A stretch of 64,000 nt of DNA, taken from positions 428,820-492,819 of the forward strand of contig JBMNHB010000001.1 of NCBI GenBank assembly GCA_050950145.1, in the 5' to 3' direction. The notes under the pieces are model-generated. The model saw nothing but the letters and a program-made list of their open reading frames with translations. It was not told the DNA's origin and ran no database searches. This stretch comes from Candidatus Dojkabacteria bacterium. GTDB taxonomy: Bacteria > Patescibacteriota > Dojkabacteria > SC72. Below, piece by piece: positions 1 to 9,035 of the stretch. How positions within the stretch are numbered: the first letter of the stretch is position 1; every line of letters starts with the position of its first letter. The position numbers and the translations under genes are program-made.

Positions 1-662
1 AAAGGAGTTACATTATCTCTGTGTGCAATCACTATGGTTCTCTTCCAGTCTGTACCTGCTGGGTAACAAGTCATTAAGGTAAGTGTATCTTGATCAGAGT
101 ACTTGTTTAGGTATTTTACTTCATCTCTGTTTACAATCTTTACTTCAGAAACAATATATTTGTAGATTATTCCATTGTAGCTGACAAATACCTCATCCCC
201 TTGTTCTAGTTCTGTAAGAAGATAGAAGTAGATATCATATTTTCTTCTTTCATAGAAGTTTACTGCTGAATGAGCAAAGAGAAATACATTACCTTGTTGG
301 TCTGGTGTGTTTGTTCCTTTTGCATGAGCTATACCTTTTTCTAATGCTGCAATGTATTCTTTTTCATTGGTAGGATTTATATCTTTGAGTACTGATGCTG
401 CAATTCTAATCTTAGGAATGTATAGTCCGAAGTTAGAATCAAGCATTACTGTATCAGTGTCTTTATTGATTTCTTTAGTAACTTGAGAAGAGTCATCAGT
501 TATCTCTATTCTTGTTTCTGCTACATAATTACGATTTGTGTAGTGAATATAGTACGACTTGAGGACAGGCCAATAGGTAATAACTAGGACAGTAAGGCCT
601 AGTAGGAGTAGTATTACTCCTACTAGAACCTTTTTGTTAATTCCTCTTTTGCTTTCTGACAT
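1..662 (-). CDS. Sortase, 3' end runs off the window
   Basis: Not in the ORF track; read manually. ATG at 662, N-terminal TM (VLVGVILLLLGLTVLVITYW), GNVFLFAHS (catalytic His), TLTLMTCYP (TLxTC) and the downstream Arg (WKRTIV). Overlaps the giant surface-protein gene by 26 nt. Confidence 0.9.
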   Translation of the reverse strand, partial: MSESKRGINKKVLVGVILLLLGLTVLVITYWPVLKSYYIHYTNRNYVAETRIEITDDSSQVTKEINKDTDTVMLDSNFGLYIPKIRIAASVLKDINPTNEKEYIAALEKGIAHAKGTNTPDQQGNVFLFAHSAVNFYERRKYDIYFYLLTELEQGDEVFVSYNGIIYKYIVSEVKIVNRDEVKYLNKYSDQDTLTLMTCYPAGTDWKRTIVIAHRDNVTP

Positions 663-3600
663 AGTATGCAACTCCTCCAAGAACAACAATTGCTATAACC
701 CAGATATACCATTTACCTAAAACTTTCTTACCTGTTTCTTCTACATCTCCATCTGTTTTCTCCTCACTATCTTCTGTTTTTTCAACTTCTTGATCATCTA
801 CTTCTAAAACATCATCTTTCTCTCCTGCTACCTCTCCTTCATCTGTAGTATCTTTCTGGCCTGCAACCTCTCCACCTGTTGTTGTAGTGGTGGTAGTGGT
901 TGTTGCAGTAGGAGTACTTATTTTAGGTACTTCTATCACTTCAGGGTCTGATACTATGGTAGATACATTACCAAGCGCATCTACTGTTCTAAGAGCATAG
1001 TAGTATGTCTTTCCTGCTTCTGCTGTAGTATCTGTCCATGAATACTCTGTATTTGGGGATACAGGCATTGGATGAATCCTTGTACTTTCATTTGCAGTGT
1101 ATGATGGTTTATCAGATCTATGAATTTCAACTGTCTTTATTTTTGGATCATTTGGTGTCTTAAACTTTATCACATTACCTGCTTTAGAGTAGTCTATTAC
1201 AGGTGCTGGTTTTTCTAAATCTACAACAACTGTTACATCTGCTGATTTTTGCTCACCTGAAGTAGATTTTGCTACTACATAGAAAGTATATGTACCACTT
1301 GCGCTTACTGTTACTGGACAGTTACCTGTGTTTGCAGTGAATGTTGCAAATGGTGCAACTTCTGCATCTTTGTAACATTCTACTGTAATTGAATTGTTGT
1401 TAAGATCTAATGCTACAAATCCAACATTAAAGCTACTCTTGTTTGTTGGAGTTGCAGGTTGCATTATTCTTACTTTAATATCACTGTCTAATGCTAATAC
1501 TCTATTAGGAGTGAGTAGGGTTACAAATGATATTGCCATTAAACCTGTAAGAAGAGCATAGCTTAACTTCTTGAATGGTTTAAGGAGTAGGGTAATTGCA
1601 CCTAATATCATCATAATTAATGCACCTAATGTTAGATATGTACTTGCACCAGTTACTGGTAGAGTAATTGATGCACCTAATACTTCTCCTTCTTCTGTTT
1701 CAACTGGCTCTATGACTGTTACATCTGTTCCTACAAATGGTGTCTCTGGATCTACTGTAGAAGCACCTAGTACTTCACCGTCTATTAGTGATGTACCTGC
1801 TACCCATGCAATATCTGGATAGTTACCTGGATCTTGATCGAGAGAGATTTTAGTTTTGTATGTTAACACAACTTTATCTCCTTCTTTCATATCTCCAATA
1901 TTCCATTTTGCCTGACCTTTATCATCGTATATAGGTTCTGGTACTGAGATACCAACACCATTCTTTTGTGCTATCCATGAATCAAGGATATATTTGAATC
2001 CTGCTGGAGCAATGTCAGAAACTACTACATTATTTAGAACATATGTACCTTCTGATTCATCGCTTGGTGCTGTTACTGTAATTGTGTATGTAACAATATC
2101 ACCTGCTGATAATGCAACAACTGCATCATTGCTCTTTTCGATCTGTAGGATTGGATCAATTACTTTGTTGATACACTCAACTTCAAGAGTTTGATTACTT
2201 CCTAATATAACCTCTCCATCTAAGAGAACCCCTTCATCATTTACACATCCTCCGAAAGTGTATCCTTCTTTTGGTGTCTCTGTGAATGAATGAACACCTG
2301 GCTGTAATCCTTCAAATACTGCTGGTTGTTTACCATTTGATGTATCTGCAATTTGTTCTGTTACTTCACCTAAGACAACATCAAACAAATCATCTGAGAA
2401 TATATCCCCATCTACATCCTCTCCTTCACTATTTACTACATCCTTTGTAACTATTAATGTAGCTGGTAATTGTGCATTCTTACATACTACATTGTATGTC
2501 TCACCACTTCTTACTGAATAATTAGTAAATTCTTTCTTACTAATGAAGCATCCCAGAGTTGTATAATTCTCATCTTCTACTTCTGATATGGTATGTTTAC
2601 CATTTGCAACCTTGTATGTAGCTGTTGTTCCCTCTGCAATTGTTTGACCAGTACCCTCATCGTTGTTAAGAAGTGCTGTAAACTCGTGTGTATCTATCAT
2701 ATTCGTTTTTCCATCAACTCCAACAACATCTTTAGTTACATTAATTGTTGCATCTTTGAAGTTACCAAAGTTTACCAATACCCTAACATCCCCAGCTGCT
2801 ATTGTAATTGGAGCTGGATTAGCAGATGTTTGAGTCCAACCATCTTTCTGTACCTCACGAATTATATATGTTTCGCCTACTGGTAGGTTAGTAAACTCGT
2901 AGTATCCTAATATGTTTGTTATTGTAGATGGTTCTCCTACATCTAGAACACCATCATTATCCAAATCAATGAAGATTGTCCATCCTCTTAATGGTAATTC
3001 TGAGAATAGTGGTAACACATCCCACTTTCCATTACCATTTCTATCCTCATATTTGAAACCTGAGATACTACCTAATTTTTCATTAGTAAATGTACATGTT
3101 ACTGTTTCATTATCTCCAACCTTGATGTTTGCTGTATATCCATCTCTAACACTATCAGTATCATCACATACTAGAGATTTTAGATTCCAACCCTTTTCAA
3201 ATTGTTCTGTTACAGAGTAATCTCCTGGGATTACTACCTTTTCAATAGTTCCATTGTTACCAATTGTTCCAGTTAGCTCTCCTGTAAATGTAAACTTAGT
3301 CTTATCTCCTCTAGGTTCAACTAATTTCTTGATAATTATTTTACCGTGTGTACTTTTATTTGTGATTGTACATACCTTGTTATCACCAACATTTAGTGTA
3401 ACATTTCCATCTGAATCACAATCATCACTAAATGTTGCCACATATCCATCAAGATTATCTTCACTTACAGTGTAGTCACCTGCATTAAACTTATTAACTT
3501 CTCCACTAGTTACCTTATTACCTGAGACATAGAGAGTGAAGTCTGATACTTGCTTATCTCCATATGTTCCGTTATCAACAACTTTCTCTACAGTTAGTGT

Positions 3601-6600
3601 TGGTTGAATATCATTATTAACAATTGTACAAGTTACATTTTGTCCTTCTGGAAGTGTAAAGACGCCATCACTACCAAGAGAACATTCCAAACTATCCATC
3701 GTATATCCTGTACCTGCAACAGTTTCAGATAGTGTGTATTCCTTATTAACATCACCAAATACTGTTGCTGTGTAGGTTGTTGTATCACCTTCCTCAACAC
3801 CTGCGTCAAATTCTAATGTTGAGTCGGTTAGGGTGATATCAAAGTCATCTACTGTTGCTGTACCACCATGATCATTAATTACTTTCTTGATTACAGTAAT
3901 CTTAGACTGAGAGTCACTATTTGTAATTGTACAAGTCTTATTCTCACCTGAACTTAATGTAATCTTTCCATCTGCACTACAATCTCCACTCCAAGTTGAT
4001 GCTGTATATCCAGGTAACTGATCTTCTCTTACTGTATATTCAACTCCCGAGTTAACTTTGTGAGCCTTACCACTTGTTACTTCAGTATCTCCAATGTAGA
4101 GTTTAAAGTCTGCCACCTGTTTTAAGCCTCCATGATTGTTCTCAACTGTCTTCACAAGTGTAAGAGTTGGTTGTATCTCTGTATTCTTAATTGTACATAC
4201 AGTAGTCTGACCAACTTCAAGAGTTATCTGATTATTATCATCTACAACGATATCATTGGTACAATCCCAGTCACCTGCTTCATATCCTGAAATTCCTTCC
4301 TTAGCAATCTCACTTAATGTATATGTACCTGCTTTGAAGTTACCCCCACTCTTTACTCCACTATCACCAGAGATTGTTGTTGGACCTGTTGCTGTTAATG
4401 TCCAATCAGTAATTTGTGCATTACCACCATATTTATTGTCAACCTCTTTAACTAATTCTAATGATGGTGCAATGTCATCATTAGTTATTGTACAGGTTAC
4501 TCTTTGACCTTCTGTTAAAGAGAACTGATAACTACCAATAATCTTCCCTGTCTTATCATCTGTACAACTCCATTTTCCTTCCTTGTAACCAGGATGATCT
4601 ATCTCCTCCAACTCATATTTTGTATTAGATTTTACTTCTGGAGTAGCAAAATAAGTAGATGTATATTTTCCTATCTCTCCTGGCCATGTTTTAAATTTTA
4701 ATTCATCACCATTTAATTTAATTCCAAAATCATTTGCTGTTGCTGTTCCTCCGTTATCATTAACTACCCTCTTAATTACTGTTAGGGTTGGTGCTACATC
4801 ATCATTTGTAATTGTACAAACAGCTTCTTTTCCTTTTTCAACTATTATCTTGTCACAATTATCATATGTAGTAGCATATCCTCTTTGATTTGCCTCTGGC
4901 TCTATAATAGAGTAGGTACCTGTTGGGTATCTCTTATATATATTTTCACCTAATAGTGGATTTGTGGGATCTTGATCAAAACCAACACCTTTACTAGTAC
5001 CAATCTTAAATGAGAACTCTCTTGCCTCCAATTTACCACCATTATCATTAATAACTTCCTTTCTAACAATCAATGTGCCTGTATCTCTAGTATTAATAAA
5101 TCTACATAATATTTTATCTCCTGAGTTTATTGTTAACTTTGTACTCTCAGTTGGTTTCTCAAAGAATTTTACCCCGCCATTATCACACATCATTGATTTA
5201 ACAGTATAATCATCTTTCTGAATTTCAGAGATAGCATATGTACCTGGCATTATTTCCATAGGTTTTTCCTCTTTACCAAACATTTTGTATTCTTTATCAT
5301 CCAACATCCATGTCCAATCTGTTACATATCTATCATCTACTTCTCCATCACCATCTGTGTCTACAAATTTAATAACTTTAATGGTTGGTCTTTCAATATT
5401 GATAAAATCAACATTCTTTTTATCTTCTCCAGGAGAAAGTTTTATTGTCCAACTTGTACTTGTACCTGGTAAAACAATCCAACCAACCTTCATTACTTCA
5501 ACAACTGTATATTCACCTGGCTCTAATCCAGTAAATGAATATGAACCATCAAGAGCTGTTGTTGTATGTGGTTCTGTAGTTGTATCCAATTTTCCATCGC
5601 CATCTTTATCTATAAAGATTGTATATCCATATACAGGTTTTCTATCATTCGTTGTACTTGCTAATCCATCTAAATCATGAAGCTTACGACCTGAGATAGA
5701 TCCATATTTTGTATTTGTAAATGTACAAGTAACTGATTCTCCTGCACTTAATGAAATATTATCTATTGTTTTTCCATCCGTACAAGAGTATGTTGTTTTC
5801 CAATCACTATAATTATTCTCTGCAACTGCATATGTACCTGCTTTCAAACTAAATGTTTTACTTGGATCTTCTGTATCTGAGTTATCTACCAAATTAAATT
5901 GTTCATTAACTCCATTACCACCTGTCAAAGTAAATCCAAATGTATCGGTACCAAATGGTAATGCTTTCTTAACGATAGTTAATGAACCATCTTGTGTGTT
6001 AGTAATAGTACACTCCTTAGTCTCATTATTTGTAATTGTAATATTTGAACATGTATTACTTACTAAGCTCCAACCTGCTGGTAATGTTTCTGTAATATTG
6101 TATGTACCAGGCATTACATTGTATGTATGAGATTTGGTTGTTCTAATCTTCCCAATATTACTATTAGCCTCATACAAGAAAGTAGGGGAACCGTTTATCG
6201 AAGGAGTACCACTACCTGTTATTGTAAATTCAGTATTATCATTATTAGAAGCTGGACTTAGAACTTTCTTGACAGTTATCTGACCTTGTGGAATTATACA
6301 ATTATTATTGTATATCGCCTGTCCATACTCACTCCAGTTAAGACCTGTAAAGGGAATTCCATCATATGATGTGAATGGAGGAATAATATCTCCCCATTCT
6401 ACTGTTATACCTGGAAACCAAATATCACCAGTATGTCCTGCATGTCCATTTAAATTTCCAGATGCATCAGGTTCAATTACTTCATAAGGACTTGTATGAG
6501 ACTTAGTTCTATGACAAATCTTAATTGTAGGGATAATACCTTTATAGTTTGCAGGATCACTTGCTGATAAGTTATGAGATGATGTAACTGTACCAATGTT

Positions 6601-7560
6601 AGTATAGTTACCTGCAATAGCTGTAGCACTTCCTGTACAAGTCATATTTGTACCAGGTTCTAACTCTGTTCCTGGGCATGTTACTTGTACACCTTTGTCA
6701 TCTGTTACTGCAATGTTTGTTAACTTTACATTACCTGTATTTTGTACAATATATGTAAAGTTTACTGTATCTCCTGCATTTACTTGTACTGCTTCCCCAA
6801 GGGTGTTTGCATCTTGTCCATTTACTTCCTTAACAATTGAGATAGCTGGTCTTTCAACTAAGACAGAACTTAAACGACCTACTAAGTATGCAACATTATT
6901 TTTTTGCTCTTCTGTTACAAATCTATTGAGTGTATTACCTTTTGAATCTTGGAAACCATCTATTTTCAATGTATATTTCATATCTCCAATCGTATAGACC
7001 TGTTCACCATAACCACCATTAGGGAAGGTTATTATGTCATCACAAGGAGTGGTAGACTGTTGGTGTGCACCACAAGGACGTCTGTTTGGTGTTTCATCAA
7101 TATCAAAATCATAAGTAAATGTTGGTGATGGAGAAATTACAGGATTTGAGAAGTTTAATGTTACATTAAGTGTTGCACCATTAGCAGAAGTTCCTGACTG
7201 TGTTGCCCAGTTAAAATGAGTAAAATCACCGATAAGGAATGTCTCATTAGCATTAAAAGTTGTTTCTCCTTTACCATCAAATCTTAAACCACTCTTCTGA
7301 GATCCTACTGGTTTTCCCCATCTAATTTCTTTTGTATTCAAACCAGTTATATTACTACCTCCTGAGACACTTGTCCAAATACCACTAGTAGAAGAAATAG
7401 TATATGGCCCATCAGCAGCAGCTACAGGAGTAATCTCTCCTCCTATATCTCTCAACTGATCAATGGCTAAAAATGGTGGGGCAAAGTTATATCCTACTAA
7501 AAATAGGACTGTTGAAACCTTATACAAAGATTTCAAAAAAGATTTTTTGTTAAACTTCAT
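637..7560 (-). CDS. Giant repetitive cell-surface protein (2307 aa) with internal LPVTG sorting signal and C-terminal TM anchor
   Basis: N-terminal signal-like segment and choice-of-anchor-K-like region (IGDFTHFN). DUF11-like repeats (YIVQNTGNV), SdrD-B-like repeats (ISGxKxxDxxG), many Ig/prealbumin-like repeats (CTITN). LPVTG at residues 1967-1971 followed by TM, an FN3-like segment (YYYALRTVD), and a final TM with basic tail. Confidence 0.85.
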   Translation of the reverse strand: MKFNKKSFLKSLYKVSTVLFLVGYNFAPPFLAIDQLRDIGGEITPVAAADGPYTISSTSGIWTSVSGGSNITGLNTKEIRWGKPVGSQKSGLRFDGKGETTFNANETFLIGDFTHFNWATQSGTSANGATLNVTLNFSNPVISPSPTFTYDFDIDETPNRRPCGAHQQSTTPCDDIITFPNGGYGEQVYTIGDMKYTLKIDGFQDSKGNTLNRFVTEEQKNNVAYLVGRLSSVLVERPAISIVKEVNGQDANTLGEAVQVNAGDTVNFTYIVQNTGNVKLTNIAVTDDKGVQVTCPGTELEPGTNMTCTGSATAIAGNYTNIGTVTSSHNLSASDPANYKGIIPTIKICHRTKSHTSPYEVIEPDASGNLNGHAGHTGDIWFPGITVEWGDIIPPFTSYDGIPFTGLNWSEYGQAIYNNNCIIPQGQITVKKVLSPASNNDNTEFTITGSGTPSINGSPTFLYEANSNIGKIRTTKSHTYNVMPGTYNITETLPAGWSLVSNTCSNITITNNETKECTITNTQDGSLTIVKKALPFGTDTFGFTLTGGNGVNEQFNLVDNSDTEDPSKTFSLKAGTYAVAENNYSDWKTTYSCTDGKTIDNISLSAGESVTCTFTNTKYGSISGRKLHDLDGLASTTNDRKPVYGYTIFIDKDGDGKLDTTTEPHTTTALDGSYSFTGLEPGEYTVVEVMKVGWIVLPGTSTSWTIKLSPGEDKKNVDFINIERPTIKVIKFVDTDGDGEVDDRYVTDWTWMLDDKEYKMFGKEEKPMEIMPGTYAISEIQKDDYTVKSMMCDNGGVKFFEKPTESTKLTINSGDKILCRFINTRDTGTLIVRKEVINDNGGKLEAREFSFKIGTSKGVGFDQDPTNPLLGENIYKRYPTGTYSIIEPEANQRGYATTYDNCDKIIVEKGKEAVCTITNDDVAPTLTVIKRVVNDNGGTATANDFGIKLNGDELKFKTWPGEIGKYTSTYFATPEVKSNTKYELEEIDHPGYKEGKWSCTDDKTGKIIGSYQFSLTEGQRVTCTITNDDIAPSLELVKEVDNKYGGNAQITDWTLTATGPTTISGDSGVKSGGNFKAGTYTLSEIAKEGISGYEAGDWDCTNDIVVDDNNQITLEVGQTTVCTIKNTEIQPTLTLVKTVENNHGGLKQVADFKLYIGDTEVTSGKAHKVNSGVEYTVREDQLPGYTASTWSGDCSADGKITLSSGENKTCTITNSDSQSKITVIKKVINDHGGTATVDDFDITLTDSTLEFDAGVEEGDTTTYTATVFGDVNKEYTLSETVAGTGYTMDSLECSLGSDGVFTLPEGQNVTCTIVNNDIQPTLTVEKVVDNGTYGDKQVSDFTLYVSGNKVTSGEVNKFNAGDYTVSEDNLDGYVATFSDDCDSDGNVTLNVGDNKVCTITNKSTHGKIIIKKLVEPRGDKTKFTFTGELTGTIGNNGTIEKVVIPGDYSVTEQFEKGWNLKSLVCDDTDSVRDGYTANIKVGDNETVTCTFTNEKLGSISGFKYEDRNGNGKWDVLPLFSELPLRGWTIFIDLDNDGVLDVGEPSTITNILGYYEFTNLPVGETYIIREVQKDGWTQTSANPAPITIAAGDVRVLVNFGNFKDATINVTKDVVGVDGKTNMIDTHEFTALLNNDEGTGQTIAEGTTATYKVANGKHTISEVEDENYTTLGCFISKKEFTNYSVRSGETYNVVCKNAQLPATLIVTKDVVNSEGEDVDGDIFSDDLFDVVLGEVTEQIADTSNGKQPAVFEGLQPGVHSFTETPKEGYTFGGCVNDEGVLLDGEVILGSNQTLEVECINKVIDPILQIEKSNDAVVALSAGDIVTYTITVTAPSDESEGTYVLNNVVVSDIAPAGFKYILDSWIAQKNGVGISVPEPIYDDKGQAKWNIGDMKEGDKVVLTYKTKISLDQDPGNYPDIAWVAGTSLIDGEVLGASTVDPETPFVGTDVTVIEPVETEEGEVLGASITLPVTGASTYLTLGALIMMILGAITLLLKPFKKLSYALLTGLMAISFVTLLTPNRVLALDSDIKVRIMQPATPTNKSSFNVGFVALDLNNNSITVECYKDAEVAPFATFTANTGNCPVTVSASGTYTFYVVAKSTSGEQKSADVTVVVDLEKPAPVIDYSKAGNVIKFKTPNDPKIKTVEIHRSDKPSYTANESTRIHPMPVSPNTEYSWTDTTAEAGKTYYYALRTVDALGNVSTIVSDPEVIEVPKISTPTATTTTTTTTTGGEVAGQKDTTDEGEVAGEKDDVLEVDDQEVEKTEDSEEKTDGDVEETGKKVLGKWYIWVIAIVVLGGVAYYVRKQKRN

Positions 7561-7630
7561 TAATTTGTAATTAAAAATTAATAAATAAAGTTATCATAAC
7601 CAAGTAGAGACAATACTCTACATATTTGGG

Positions 7631-7659
7631 ATTATACCAAAAACCCTATAGATTTACAA
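7631..7659 (-). promoter_or_regulatory. Sigma70-type promoter of the surface protein/sortase operon
   Basis: TTGTAA (7659-7654), 17-nt spacer, TATAAT (7636-7631) with an extended -10 TG. Confidence 0.7.
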
Positions 7660-7664
7660 TACCC

Positions 7665-8968
7665 TGCATTAGATAAAAACTAGTGTTACCCAACAACACC
7701 CCGTTAGATAAAAATAGTGTTACCCAAATATACTCTGTAATTAAACTAAATACATCAGAGTATGCAAGACAATATTTTTACTAAAATGGCGGTAGTCAAA
7801 AGAAAAAAAGAATATCTAGAAACTAAAAAACGGGAAGAGAAAACTGAGATACTAGACTGGCTAGTCAAAGATACAAACAGGTCTAGGAAGTCACTCATTA
7901 GATCTCTGAACAATCCAAATATTACAGAGAGAAACATATCTGGAAGAGGTGGAAGGAAAAAGAAATATACTCCACAATCTAAAAACATCGTAAAAATGAT
8001 ATGGCAAGCAAATGATTGTATCTGTGCTGAGAGATTTCATGGTCAAATTGAAGAAACACTAAAAGATTTAAAACAAGCAAACAAACTAGAAGGATATATA
8101 GATAGCGACATTGAGTTGGTGAGGAAAATACCTCTAGGTACACTTAAACTCTTTGTTGCTAAGTTCCCTAAACCTAAAAGAGGAAGTATTAGTTCTTCGG
8201 GAAGTGTGAGAGCATTACAAAAACAAATACCTGTGAGAACTTACTTCTCTACTAACATTAAATCGGGCTTCTTTGGTGTTGACTTTGTTGATCATAATGG
8301 AGGAAATGCTACTGGTAAGTTTGCTAGAACATTGGTATTTACAGACCCTAAAACCACATGGATTGTGAGAAGTGCTTGTCTGGGAAAAGATAGCTTAGCT
8401 GTGGGGAATGCTTTTGAATTGAACAAAAAGAAAATACCATACACAATTGAAGGATTACACTCTGACAATGAACCTGCATTACTAACCTCTCTGCTCTCTT
8501 CTAAGGCTAAAGAAAACAATATATTCATTACTAGAAGCAGAAGTTACAAAAAAGAAGATAATGGACATACAGAACAGAAGAATGGAGACAAAGTGAGAGG
8601 TTTAGTGGGATACCGAAGATATGATACATTACAACATATTGATTTACTTAACAGGATATATGAGATTGATGACCAATTTCAAAATCATTTTGTGCCTTCT
8701 GTGAAATTGAAAGAAAAAGAATTTAATGACTTAGGTAGAGTAATTAAGAAGAAATATGATAGTCCTAAAAGTCCATATCAGAGGGTAATGGAAGAGAAGG
8801 ATATTGATATACAATTCAAGATGTCACTTGCGAGTAAACATTCTAAATTAAATAGGTTAGAATTGTTAGAGGAAAGAGATAAATTGTTAAGAAAGTTAAC
8901 TCGCTTAGGTAACACTATTTTTATCTAACGGGTTTGCATTCGGTAACATTTAGTTTTTATCTAACGGT
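7665..8968 (+). mobile_element. Insertion sequence (1304 bp), rve/DDE type (IS481/ISNCY-like), with doubled subterminal inverted repeats and a 5-bp TSD
   Basis: TTAGATAAAAA(C)TAGTGTTACC occurs twice on the left (7669-7690, 7704-7724) and inverted twice on the right (8908-8928, 8942-8964). TACCC is duplicated at 7660-7664 and 8969-8973. Confidence 0.85.
7762..8928 (+). CDS. Integrase-core (rve) DDE transposase
   Basis: Motifs GVDFVDH, LHSDNE and RSRSYKKEDNGHTEQKN; C-terminal SPYQRV; gene lies between the inverted repeats. Confidence 0.88.
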   Translation: MQDNIFTKMAVVKRKKEYLETKKREEKTEILDWLVKDTNRSRKSLIRSLNNPNITERNISGRGGRKKKYTPQSKNIVKMIWQANDCICAERFHGQIEETLKDLKQANKLEGYIDSDIELVRKIPLGTLKLFVAKFPKPKRGSISSSGSVRALQKQIPVRTYFSTNIKSGFFGVDFVDHNGGNATGKFARTLVFTDPKTTWIVRSACLGKDSLAVGNAFELNKKKIPYTIEGLHSDNEPALLTSLLSSKAKENNIFITRSRSYKKEDNGHTEQKNGDKVRGLVGYRRYDTLQHIDLLNRIYEIDDQFQNHFVPSVKLKEKEFNDLGRVIKKKYDSPKSPYQRVMEEKDIDIQFKMSLASKHSKLNRLELLEERDKLLRKLTRLGNTIFI

Positions 8969-9035
8969 TACCCCCATATACACCCTCTACAAGTACCTTT
9001 TCATGACCCTAATTTAGTGATAGAATCACCCGCGT

